From positions 1,622 through 65,621 of the forward strand of contig JACQRA010000088.1 of NCBI GenBank assembly GCA_016206725.1: a stretch of DNA of 64,000 nt, written 5' to 3'. The DNA comes from Candidatus Omnitrophota bacterium. GTDB lineage: Bacteria; Omnitrophota; Gorgyraeia; Aquiviventales; Aquiviventaceae. Under the pieces are notes generated by a model, which was given only the letters and a program-made list of their open reading frames with translations, did no database searches and was not told the DNA's origin. Position 1 is the stretch's first letter. Every line of letters starts with the position of its first letter. The translations under genes were made by a program, and so were the position numbers. Shown piece by piece: positions 28,313 through 37,451 of the stretch.

Positions 28313-28950
28313 ACTCCCGATGGTTTCGCCGGGTACTCGGCCTTCCCGATGATCACATCCACCAGCGCCAAGAGCCAGAAGTGATGCGCCATCTCCACGA
28401 GGTTGTAGGCACGACTATCCACCCAGAAATTCTCATCACCCAGTTGGCGCAACGGGTTGTCCGCAGACAAGCCGGAGAACGTGACGACCGCGGCGAATGT
28501 CATGCGCCTGGCTGCCTCGCAGGCGTTGAGGATGTTCGGGGACTTTCCGCTGGACGAAATCGCGATCAGGACATCGCCGGCGTCGCCGTACTGTTCGACG
28601 GCTTTGGCCATCCACTGCTCGTAGCCGTAATCGTTGGCGAAGCACGTAATGAGATCGGCCTCATTGAAATTGATGGCGCGCACGCCGGCGTTCTTCGTCA
28701 AGTCCACCGCGACGTGGCTCGCCATCGCCGCACTGCCGCCGTTACCGATCAGGATGGTCTTGCGGCCGTGGCGAGCAGCCGTGACGACGAGATCCCGCAG
28801 CCGGATCAACCGGGGAATCCACGACCCATCACCCTGGCAGAGTCGTTGAAACTGCTCGGTATACTGCCGGAGGAACACTTCGGCCTCTTTCGAGCGGTCG
28901 CTCGTTCCTGCACGGGACATTCGGGTTGATCGGCTAACTGACACGGGCAT
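28309..28950 (-). CDS. gmhA: SIS-domain phosphoheptose isomerase (GmhA-like)
   Basis: GNGGSAAMASH, TCFANDYGYE, GDVLIAISSSGKSPNI, VEMAH. Confidence 0.85.
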   Translation of the reverse strand: MPVSVSRSTRMSRAGTSDRSKEAEVFLRQYTEQFQRLCQGDGSWIPRLIRLRDLVVTAARHGRKTILIGNGGSAAMASHVAVDLTKNAGVRAINFNEADLITCFANDYGYEQWMAKAVEQYGDAGDVLIAISSSGKSPNILNACEAARRMTFAAVVTFSGLSADNPLRQLGDENFWVDSRAYNLVEMAHHFWLLALVDVIIGKAEYPAKPSGV

Positions 28951-31468
28951 AGTCGGGTCTCCTCTCAGCTTCTGTGTAGAGTCTGGCGTAGAAGGCGCCC
29001 TGCTGCATCAGGGTCTCATGCGTCCCGTGCTCCACCACGCGGCCGCCGTCAAGGACCATGACGTGATCGGCGTCTCTCACCGTGCTGAGCCGATGAGCGA
29101 TCACGATCACGATGGCGTCCTGATGCAGCGTCTTGATGGCCTCGTACACCGCCCGTTCCGTCAAGTTGTCCAGCGCGCTGGTGGCTTCATCAAAGATCAG
29201 CACGTCGGGCCGTCTCAGAATCGCTCGGGCGATCGCCAATCGTTGACACTGTCCGCCCGAGAGCCGCACGCCACGGTCTCCCACCATGGTGTCGTAGCCC
29301 TCAGGCAGCGAACCGATGAAGCCATCCAGTTGGGCGATACGGGTTGCCCACTCCACGTCAGATCGAGGAACCGTTTCATCACCGAGGGCGATGTTGTCTC
29401 GAATCGAAGCGCTGAAGACAAACACGTCCTGAGGGACATAACCGATCCGCTCTCGCCAGGCGCGCAGGTCCACCTCGCGCAGATCCACACCGTTGATGAG
29501 GACCGCCCCGTCGCCTGGCTCGTAGAGTCCCAACAGGAGGTTGGCCAACGTGCTCTTGCCGGAGCCTGTTGGTCCCACGAGCGCGGTGACGCTGCCCCGA
29601 GTCATGGAGGCGCTGATCCCCCGTAACACGTCCTGATCCGGACGCGCCGCGTACGTGAAGCTCGCCTCCCGCAGCTCGATCCGGTCGACTCGCTCCACGG
29701 CTCGACCTCCCCGACGCTCTTGGGGCAGATGCGTGAGGACCTCCTCCATCACCTCTAATTTCCGTTTGTGTTGGTTCAGCTCCACGCTGGCCTGATTCAC
29801 CATCGCCAACGACGGCGCGATGCGCCGGATACCCATCAGGAACGCCGCCAGCATCGAAAACCGCAGCCCAACCGAGGGGAACAGGAAGGTCGCAGCGCCA
29901 AGCCCCAGGACAATCACCACGGCGATGACTTCGTTCACCAGCATAGGCCCATGGCGGAAGACGACAAGTTGGAGCTCGGGTCGCCACTCAGCCATCGACA
30001 ACGCGTCCTGCCGCTGGACCATCTGCGGTTCCAGACGGTGGGCTTTGACGACCTTCACTCCATCAATCCCCTCAAGCTGGAGCTTTGATTGTTCGCTGCG
30101 AAGGCCGTAGAGCGTCCGCCCATGAGCCGCCGAGCGTCTGTCGGCGAAGACTCGCCACCCCTCCACGCCGATGAACGCGAAGAGCCCGATGATCAGTGTC
30201 ACCCACCATGAGAGGCACAATAACAGCGCCACCATGAGCGCACTACTGAGGATGCCCATCAGGAAGTGGCTCAACTGGGTGATGACGGCGGCCAACGACT
30301 CCGACGGTTGTTCGATATCGTTGAGGATGGCTCCCCGCGAGCGGCGTGTCATCTCCTCGTACCGCGCGTTCAGGAACCGTTCGAAGAGCGAGACCTTGAC
30401 ACGTCGGCGAAGCTTCACCGCGATGGCGGAGGTCCAGTACCAACTCAACAGAAAACATAGCCCGCGGATCACGAAGAAGAGACTGGCAACCGCCAACAGC
30501 GTGAACACCACCACGCTCATCGTGGTCGGCATGCCCAGCGCATGCAGCATGGCGGTAACCGCCGACACCACAGGACTCGCCTGTCCCCGTTCTGGTGCCG
30601 TCAGGACATCAAGCAGGGGCACCGTCAGACCGACCGTCGCAACGTCCAAGAGCGCTGCGCCAAGGATCAGCACCAGGAGTGTGGCTGACTCTCGCGGGTA
30701 GGGCTTCACCGCGATACGCCACGAAAAGGCCAGGGTGCCCAATGGTTTCGTGCCACCGAGGTTGGGAGAGAGTCGTCCTCGGATGATGCGCCAGCCGCTT
30801 CCGGCGATCAGCACAACGTTCTTCCACGTCAGCGCCTTCGAATGGCTTCGGGAACGGGCCTTGTTGGGAATCTGCACTTCCACGACCGATTTCCCTTCCC
30901 GGAGGAGTTGACACAGCAGCTCCGCCTGGTATCCGAATCCCGATGACCGGAATCCTCTGCGGCGCACATTGGCCGTCTTGTGGAGCACGGGACCGTTGTA
31001 GTACTGGAGCCTCGTGCCACTGAACCCTCTCACCAGGCGCACGAAGACTCGGCTGAGGGCACGCCGAAACGGACCACGCGCGTCCAACACTCCGAAGTAG
31101 GGGACGATCATCTCGGCTCGCCCCAGATGATCGAGTAGAATCCGCAGGGCTTCCGGTGGTTCCGCCCCATCTCCGCAGACCATCATGTAGTACTCCCCGA
31201 TGGCTTCATCGGCCGCCCGGAAGTAGCCGGCGCCGAGGCCGCAGCAAACCGGGTTGCGGAGCACGCAAATGCGACACGCCGGATAGCGACGGCATCGATC
31301 GAGCGCCTCCTCGACCGATCCATCCATCGAGGCATCATCCACCACCAGGATTTCGTAGGGGTTGTGTCGCCCGTCCATCACGTCAACGATCGTATCAATC
31401 GTGCGACCCACATTGCCCTCTTCGTTGCGGCAGGGCACGAAGAACGTGAGTGACGGCTCGGCTGACAT
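28934..31468 (-). CDS. GT2 (polyprenol-phosphate glycosyltransferase-like) fused to MsbA/PglK-type ABC transporter
   Basis: N-terminal VPCRNEEGNV, VVDDASMDGS, GLG; central TM domain; NBD with GPTGSGKST, VPQD, LSGGQCQR, LIFDEATSALD, IAHRLSTV; one continuous ORF. Confidence 0.85.
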   Translation of the reverse strand: MSAEPSLTFFVPCRNEEGNVGRTIDTIVDVMDGRHNPYEILVVDDASMDGSVEEALDRCRRYPACRICVLRNPVCCGLGAGYFRAADEAIGEYYMMVCGDGAEPPEALRILLDHLGRAEMIVPYFGVLDARGPFRRALSRVFVRLVRGFSGTRLQYYNGPVLHKTANVRRRGFRSSGFGYQAELLCQLLREGKSVVEVQIPNKARSRSHSKALTWKNVVLIAGSGWRIIRGRLSPNLGGTKPLGTLAFSWRIAVKPYPRESATLLVLILGAALLDVATVGLTVPLLDVLTAPERGQASPVVSAVTAMLHALGMPTTMSVVVFTLLAVASLFFVIRGLCFLLSWYWTSAIAVKLRRRVKVSLFERFLNARYEEMTRRSRGAILNDIEQPSESLAAVITQLSHFLMGILSSALMVALLLCLSWWVTLIIGLFAFIGVEGWRVFADRRSAAHGRTLYGLRSEQSKLQLEGIDGVKVVKAHRLEPQMVQRQDALSMAEWRPELQLVVFRHGPMLVNEVIAVVIVLGLGAATFLFPSVGLRFSMLAAFLMGIRRIAPSLAMVNQASVELNQHKRKLEVMEEVLTHLPQERRGGRAVERVDRIELREASFTYAARPDQDVLRGISASMTRGSVTALVGPTGSGKSTLANLLLGLYEPGDGAVLINGVDLREVDLRAWRERIGYVPQDVFVFSASIRDNIALGDETVPRSDVEWATRIAQLDGFIGSLPEGYDTMVGDRGVRLSGGQCQRLAIARAILRRPDVLIFDEATSALDNLTERAVYEAIKTLHQDAIVIVIAHRLSTVRDADHVMVLDGGRVVEHGTHETLMQQGAFYARLYTEAERRPDYARVS

Positions 31469-31472
31469 CGCG

Positions 31473-31967
31473 TTATCCTTCCAAGGCTCCACCAAGGAGT
31501 CGCGTCAGCCTCTGCGCCCCCCGCGACAGCGCTCGTCCCACCGGGGTCAGGCTGACAGACTCCTCCTCGAGACGCAATAAGCCTGTGTCGTGCATCAACC
31601 GGATTCGGTCGTCAAATCGCCTCGAAGCGACGTACTCCTCAAGGAGCGTGTCAAACTCCACGGACTCCGCTCGGTGTGGGAGAAGGCGGGAGAGCAGCGT
31701 GACTGACACGGACCTTGCCAGCCCCGCATAGATAAAGAAGTAGAGGGTCGACCAGAACCCTGTCAGCCACAGCACGGCACAGGCGTCGATCCATGGCAAC
31801 CGGTTCACACCAACAGCCATCCATCCTGCGACCACCATGCCCATCACGGCCAGTCCTGTCAACCGTACTATTCGGGGTGCATTCGAAGGCCTCGCCCGCC
31901 AGATCAGCACATGCAGGAGGAAGAAGACTCCAAGACCGATGGCAACCGAAGACAGCACGCGGTCCAT
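31473..31967 (-). CDS. Hypothetical membrane protein with C-terminal wHTH-like domain
   Basis: About three hydrophobic segments, then RSVSVTLL...DDRIRLMHDTGLL...LTPVG; ATG 31967 overlaps the upstream stop. Confidence 0.65.
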   Translation of the reverse strand: MDRVLSSVAIGLGVFFLLHVLIWRARPSNAPRIVRLTGLAVMGMVVAGWMAVGVNRLPWIDACAVLWLTGFWSTLYFFIYAGLARSVSVTLLSRLLPHRAESVEFDTLLEEYVASRRFDDRIRLMHDTGLLRLEEESVSLTPVGRALSRGAQRLTRLLGGALEG

Positions 31968-32491
31968 CAGCCCACCACCTCCAGTCGCAAGAACTTGCGC
32001 ATCCCGACCATCATCGTCGCACAGCACACGCCCAGCGCCGTCAGCGGTCCCACGCGCCGCCCATCGAATTGCACAAGATGCCATTGCGCCAGGCCGGTCA
32101 GCCGACGCGTCAGCAGGCCGCGCATCCCCATGCCGTTGCTGTAGCCGTCCTGCAGGCGCGACACGCTGACACCTTCCGGTTGGTCCAGCGCATCGACCAG
32201 AATTCTCAGCGAATAGCCGCGCGAGAGCAGCGAACGCACCTCCACATACACGATCACGCCGGTCAGATAGAAGCCGATCGATCCGACCTGTAGGACCAGC
32301 GGCATCGTGCTCATGCCGATCAACAACCCTGCGAGACCGGCTCCGATCATGACGGCCAGGATCGCCGCTGAGACCGCCGGCGCATTCGGATGCCTGATCG
32401 CCTTCAGGCACCTCAAGGCGGCGATGTGCAGAGCCGCCAGCGCCAGCCACATCAGCGCAACAAGCGCACACGCGGTTCCGATTACGACCAT
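31967..32491 (-). CDS. Hypothetical membrane protein with C-terminal wHTH-like domain (paralog of neighbour)
   Basis: About three hydrophobic segments, then RGYSLRIL...RRLTGLAQWHLV...LTALG. Confidence 0.65.
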   Translation of the reverse strand: MVVIGTACALVALMWLALAALHIAALRCLKAIRHPNAPAVSAAILAVMIGAGLAGLLIGMSTMPLVLQVGSIGFYLTGVIVYVEVRSLLSRGYSLRILVDALDQPEGVSVSRLQDGYSNGMGMRGLLTRRLTGLAQWHLVQFDGRRVGPLTALGVCCATMMVGMRKFLRLEVVG

Positions 32492-33513
32492 GTGATCACC
32501 GGACGTCCCGGCTCGTCATCATCCAGCGCCGCCAGTGCCTCGTTGACCTGCTCAAGCGGAAAGCGCCGGCCCATCAGCAAGCGATGGTTCACCATCCCCT
32601 GCGCCATCATCTGAACCAACTGAGGGATGTCGTGGTCAGGATTGATGCCGCCGCCCCAACTGCCCCAGAGTGAGCGGCCGGCGATCAGATCAAATGGATT
32701 CACGGCAAACGTCTTGCCGGTCTCAAGGTTGCCCACAATGACCACCTTGCCTCCGCGGGGCTTGGCGAGCCGCAGCGCGCTCTCCATGGACGGCACGCTG
32801 CCTGCGCATTCCACCACGAGGTCAAATCCATGTCCATCCGTGATCCGTCGCGCCGCCTCTTCGAGGTCCTCCTCACCGACCTGGATGGTGTGGGTCACAC
32901 CCAGCTCTCGCGCCCGTGCTAGCCGCGCCGGACGGACATCTGCCACCGCGATCAGCGGCCATCCGGCGACCATCGCCCCACAGACCGCCGCCAGCCCCAC
33001 GCCGCCTGCGCCAAGAATGCAGATGCCGCCATGTGGGTTGGCCGGCATCGCCTGCAGCACAGTCCCGGCACCGGTCGGCACCGCGCAGCCAGCCAAGACC
33101 GCGAGCTCCGGATCAACCGGTGGGTCAATGGGCGTCACACACTGTTCTGAGACGATCGGCGACTCGCAGAAGGTCGCGATCGGCCCCGCATTCACGCAGT
33201 CATTCGCCGAGCGATAGGCCACAGGACCGCCGTCCCGCCCTGAGCCGCGGATCCACGACAGCACCACCTGATCGCCTGGCTGGGCTTTGGTGACATCCGG
33301 ACCGATGTCTTCTACGATCCCGACCCCCTCATGTCCGATCAGATGCGGGAGAAACCGGTCCGGCCCACGCCCCCCAGAAACCTCCAGTTTTTGCGAATGG
33401 CACACGGCCGCTCGTTGCATGCGCACGACCAGCTGTCCGGACGCGAGCGGCGGCAACCGCAGCTCTTCAAGCTGCAACGGTTTGCCGAGTTCGCGCAGGA
33501 CAGCGGCTCTCAT
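32482..33513 (-). CDS. Zinc-binding (MDR) alcohol dehydrogenase
   Basis: VCHSQ, GHEGVG, GCAVPTGAG, GAGGVG; structural-Zn cysteine loop absent. Confidence 0.85.
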   Translation of the reverse strand: MRAAVLRELGKPLQLEELRLPPLASGQLVVRMQRAAVCHSQKLEVSGGRGPDRFLPHLIGHEGVGIVEDIGPDVTKAQPGDQVVLSWIRGSGRDGGPVAYRSANDCVNAGPIATFCESPIVSEQCVTPIDPPVDPELAVLAGCAVPTGAGTVLQAMPANPHGGICILGAGGVGLAAVCGAMVAGWPLIAVADVRPARLARARELGVTHTIQVGEEDLEEAARRITDGHGFDLVVECAGSVPSMESALRLAKPRGGKVVIVGNLETGKTFAVNPFDLIAGRSLWGSWGGGINPDHDIPQLVQMMAQGMVNHRLLMGRRFPLEQVNEALAALDDDEPGRPVITWS

Positions 33514-33540
33514 GGTTCGACTCCACTCACCATGATCCTG

Positions 33541-33568
33541 CCTCGCACCGAGTGCGCTCGGCACGAGG
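33541..33568 (-). repeat. Intergenic GC-rich hairpin (12-bp stem)
   Basis: Minus strand CCTCGTGCCGAG-CGCA-CTCGGTGCGAGG, fully paired with two G-U wobbles; no U tract. Confidence 0.5.
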
Positions 33569-33598
33569 TGAGCAACGCCGAAAGGCTGAGTCGAAGGA

Positions 33599-34315
33599 TC
33601 ATTCGGTAATCGTCCAGTACACGTCGCCGGTATAACCCTCTTCGGCCAGCAACTGTTTCCAGTGGTCGGTGCTGTAGATCAGCTCAGCCGTCAACTGCCA
33701 CTGTTCGAGATTGATCCGCTCTTGCTCGTTGCGGAACGAATCCACCTGCAAGTACTTGTGCCGACGCCCGACGCGCTCCATTTCCCGAATCGCCTGCCGG
33801 CACAAGGCGTCCGGCAAATTGTGGACCACATTGATCGAGATCACCACATCAAAGGACCGATCTGGAAACGGCAGATGCGTCGCGTTGCCCTGCTGGAGAA
33901 ACGGCTTGACGTCTTCCATCGCATGATCCAAGGCGTAACGGGACACGTCGATCCCCGCCACGCGCACCCCCGGCAGGAGCTCCCGGAAGTCGTGGAGGAA
34001 AAACCCCTTCGCGCAGCCGATGTCCAGGATGGATTCGGCGCCGGTCAATCCATCGTGGTCGATCATCCGGCGCGCCACCGCTTTCCACCGGCCGTCATAG
34101 CGGTAGCCGCCATAGCCCTGGGCGCGGGTGCCGTCAAAATATTCGAGGCCGAACTGTTTTGCGATGAGGCGGTTTTCCGGCGTCCGCGCTTTCCACTCGG
34201 CCCGCTCGGCGAGATTGCGCTTCATCCGCGGATAGACGTCCAGCAAGTTCACCTCGCGGAAGCCTTCGTCGGCCGTCGGCGTCGACGCGCGCATGGGGTC
34301 AGACACGGTGGACAT
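33599..34315 (-). CDS. Class I SAM-dependent methyltransferase
   Basis: EYFDG...GYGGYRYDGRW, ILDIGCAKGF, GIDVSRYA, LPFPDRSFD; start ATG 34315 with GGAG RBS (or 34294). Confidence 0.85.
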   Translation of the reverse strand: MSTVSDPMRASTPTADEGFREVNLLDVYPRMKRNLAERAEWKARTPENRLIAKQFGLEYFDGTRAQGYGGYRYDGRWKAVARRMIDHDGLTGAESILDIGCAKGFFLHDFRELLPGVRVAGIDVSRYALDHAMEDVKPFLQQGNATHLPFPDRSFDVVISINVVHNLPDALCRQAIREMERVGRRHKYLQVDSFRNEQERINLEQWQLTAELIYSTDHWKQLLAEEGYTGDVYWTITE

Positions 34316-35294
34316 ACTCCAGCGCCTCCTGGAGGATCGGCTCCGAGTGGTCCTCCACCCACGCGATGGTCTCGCGCACACCCGCTTCGAAGTCCACGTG
34401 CGCTCGCCAACCCAACTCGCGCTGGGCTCTCGTGGCGTCCAACCAATACCGCGCATCCTGCCCCAGCCGCTCCGCCGCCGGCTCCGCGACATCCTCGAAG
34501 GTGCGGCCCATGAGGCGTGCCACGGTCCGCACGACCTCCGCGATGGTCCGATCATCGGCCGTGGAAAAATGATAGACGGTACCCGGCGTGCCTCGGCGCA
34601 TCGCCGCCAGGGCGCCCTGGACCACGTCGCGGACGTGGACAAACGACTTGATCGCCCGGCCCCCGCCGTGCAGGGGGACCTTCTTTCCCTGCTTGATGGC
34701 GAGGATCGTCCGCGGGATGATCTTGAAGAGTTGTTGATGCTTTCCATACACGTTCGTGGAACGGACGATGAAAGCGGGAAATCCGAAATTATTGACCAGC
34801 GTTGAGAGATAGAGATCCGCCGCGGCCTTGGAGACGGCATACGGCGTGCTGGGACGCAGCGGCGCGTCCTCCGCCACCGGATGTTCGCAGGAGCCGTAGA
34901 CCTCGGCCGAGGAGATGTGGAGATAACGTTTCAGGTACGGCCGCGTCCTGAGGAAATTCGCCAGACGCACCACACCCACCGTATTGGTCTCAAAGTATTC
35001 CACCGGACTGGTATTGCTTAACGCCACCTCGCTGAGTGCCGCCACGTTGATCACGCAGGCTGGCTGCAGCTCATCCAACAGCGTCTGCACCGCCTCCGCC
35101 TGGCGGACCAGATCGATTTGGTAAAACGTCCACCGGCTCATGTCCCGTTGCCGATAGGGAGCGAACAGCGCCCCCTGTTCCGGCGAGCGGCTGATGCCGA
35201 CGACCTCGTAGGCCGGATCCTGAAGCAGCGCGTCAACAAAGTGACTGCCGGTAAAACAATTACTGCCGATGACAACACCCAGCGTTCGACTCAT
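34299..35294 (-). CDS. NDP-sugar 4,6-dehydratase-like SDR
   Basis: IGSNCFTG, SSAEVYG, PSTPYAVSKAA, NVYG.HQQLFKIIP. Confidence 0.8.
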   Translation of the reverse strand: MSRTLGVVIGSNCFTGSHFVDALLQDPAYEVVGISRSPEQGALFAPYRQRDMSRWTFYQIDLVRQAEAVQTLLDELQPACVINVAALSEVALSNTSPVEYFETNTVGVVRLANFLRTRPYLKRYLHISSAEVYGSCEHPVAEDAPLRPSTPYAVSKAAADLYLSTLVNNFGFPAFIVRSTNVYGKHQQLFKIIPRTILAIKQGKKVPLHGGGRAIKSFVHVRDVVQGALAAMRRGTPGTVYHFSTADDRTIAEVVRTVARLMGRTFEDVAEPAAERLGQDARYWLDATRAQRELGWRAHVDFEAGVRETIAWVEDHSEPILQEALEYVHRV

Positions 35295-36439
35295 CGGTTC
35301 CCGTAGAAGGTTCGGATCATCTCCACCACATAGGCGCGCTCTTCCGACGTCAGGTGCTGATCCACCGGCACGGTGATCAACGAGGTGGACTGCCGTTCCG
35401 CCTCCGGAAAGTCGCCCCGCTTGTAGCCCAGATGCGCCAAGCCCCGCTGGAGCGGCAACGGAATCGGATAATGGATCTTGGCCTCGATGCCCTGCGCGAG
35501 CAGGTACTCAAACAGCGCATCACGGTCGCGCGCGTAGACCTGATAGAGATGAAACACTCGGCGGATTCCTGGACGGCGCGGCGGCAGCGCCAGGTCGCCG
35601 GCCATGGCGCCGAACGCCACGTCGTACGCGGCGGCGTTGTCGATCCGGCGCTGGTTGATGTCCGGCAGATGCGTCATCAGCCAGTTGCCGACGATCGCCT
35701 GGAGGGTATCCAAACGGCTGTTGTACCCCAAGAGGGCGATTTCATTGCGGCCCTGCAGGCCGTGGTTGCGCAACAGGCGCAATCGTTCGTTGAGCGCCGC
35801 GTCGTTCGTCACGATGACCCCCCCATCGCCCCAGACGTTCAGGTTCTTGAGCGGATGGAGGCTGAACGCCCCGCAGGCGCCCATCCCGCCGGCCGGCTGG
35901 CCGTGGTAGGTGGCCCCGATCGCCTGGCAGGCGTCCTCCACGACCGCCAGGCCTCGGCACGAGGCGAGCTCACGGATGGCCTCCATGTCGGCGACGTCCC
36001 CCGTCAGGTGGACCGGAAGGATCGCTTTCGTGCGCGGCGTGATCGCCCGTTCGATTCGCGCCGGATCGAGCGTGAAATAGGGCGTGACATCCACCAGCAC
36101 GGGCCGTGCGCCGGCGGCCTGGATGGCTCCGACGGTGGCCACAAACGTGCTGGCGGCGGTGATGACTTCGTCCCCCTGGCCGATGCCCAGCGCCTTGAGG
36201 CTCAGCATCAAGGCATCGGTCCCGTTGGCGACGCCAATCGCATGTCGGACGCCGAGAAAGGAGGCGAACGCCTGCTCGAACTGCTCCACGGCAGGACCGA
36301 GCGTGTACTGGCCCGTTGTCACCAGCGCGCGGATCTGCTCCAGGATCTCGTCCGGCTGCGCGAACTGCCGCTGCAGATACGAATAACCCACCCGCATACG
36401 GGGTCGGGACGACGGTTTCACGATCGTGGCGTCAGCCAA
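35291..36439 (-). CDS. DegT/DnrJ/EryC1/StrS aminotransferase
   Basis: NGTDAL, PVHLTG, EDACQA, SLHPLKNLNVWGDGG (catalytic Lys), GYNSRLD. Confidence 0.9.
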   Translation of the reverse strand: MADATIVKPSSRPRMRVGYSYLQRQFAQPDEILEQIRALVTTGQYTLGPAVEQFEQAFASFLGVRHAIGVANGTDALMLSLKALGIGQGDEVITAASTFVATVGAIQAAGARPVLVDVTPYFTLDPARIERAITPRTKAILPVHLTGDVADMEAIRELASCRGLAVVEDACQAIGATYHGQPAGGMGACGAFSLHPLKNLNVWGDGGVIVTNDAALNERLRLLRNHGLQGRNEIALLGYNSRLDTLQAIVGNWLMTHLPDINQRRIDNAAAYDVAFGAMAGDLALPPRRPGIRRVFHLYQVYARDRDALFEYLLAQGIEAKIHYPIPLPLQRGLAHLGYKRGDFPEAERQSTSLITVPVDQHLTSEERAYVVEMIRTFYGNR

Positions 36440-37451
36440 CGAACAGCTCCTCCTGTTGCAACAGCTGCTGCATCATGTTCAGATTGTGGTAGCGCGGGTC
36501 GGTAAGAGGATTGGGGATCTTCCCGTCCCGATACGCCTCGCACAGTCCCTGCACCGCCTCCTCGATCGTCCACCGGGGCGCAAACCCCACGGCTTGCCGG
36601 ATGCGGTCCGCATTGATGTGGTACGACCGCACGTCATCCGTCGGCCGCACCTCGATGCGCGCCGCGGGATCGCCGAGCTGCCGGCGCACCAGCTCGGCCA
36701 ACTCCATCACGGACCGGTTCTGGTAACCCACATTCCAAGTCTGCCCATGCACGAGATCTCCCGGCGCTTCCAGCATCGCGCGATACGCGGCGACCATGTC
36801 GTGGATATGGAGATTTGGCCGCAGCTGCGTGCCGCCGAAGACGGTGATGACGCGGTTGACCAGCGCGTGGATCGTCAGCAGGTTCACCGTCAGATCCAGG
36901 CGCAGCCGTGGCGCCCAGCCGCAGACGGTGGCCGGCCGAAGAATCACCCATTCACACGACCCCAGACCTTCGTCCCGAAGCTGTTGTTCGCACAGCCACT
37001 TGTACCGCGAATAGTCGGTGAGCGGCTCACAGGCGTCCTCTTCCCGCACGTCCGGCTGGTCCTTCACCCCGTAGACGCTCGAACTCGACGCGTAGATGAA
37101 TCGTTTCACGCTGTTGGCTCGGACCGCCCGCAGCACTCCGGCAAACGCATCGTAGTTGATGGACTTGCCCAGTCGCGGATCCAATTCAAAGCTTGGGTCG
37201 TTCGAGATGCAGGCCAAGTGAACCACCGCCTCCATCCCTTGGAGGGCGGCGGTCAGCGCGCGCTCATCCCGGATGTCGAGCCGCACGGGATGGAGGCACG
37301 GGTGGCCGCGGAGACCGTCGAAGACGTGGTCCCCGTAGAAAAAACAATCGAGCACCGTCACGTCGTAGCCCGCCTCCACCAGCGCCGGCACGAGGGCGCT
37401 GCCGACATAGCCCGCCCCACCCGTCACGGCCACACGGCTGAATGGCGTCAT
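36432..37451 (-). CDS. NAD-dependent epimerase/dehydratase
   Basis: VTGGAGYVG, HLACISNDPSFELDP, ASSSSVYG, YSRYK, RPATVCG. Confidence 0.87.
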   Translation of the reverse strand: MTPFSRVAVTGGAGYVGSALVPALVEAGYDVTVLDCFFYGDHVFDGLRGHPCLHPVRLDIRDERALTAALQGMEAVVHLACISNDPSFELDPRLGKSINYDAFAGVLRAVRANSVKRFIYASSSSVYGVKDQPDVREEDACEPLTDYSRYKWLCEQQLRDEGLGSCEWVILRPATVCGWAPRLRLDLTVNLLTIHALVNRVITVFGGTQLRPNLHIHDMVAAYRAMLEAPGDLVHGQTWNVGYQNRSVMELAELVRRQLGDPAARIEVRPTDDVRSYHINADRIRQAVGFAPRWTIEEAVQGLCEAYRDGKIPNPLTDPRYHNLNMMQQLLQQEELFVG

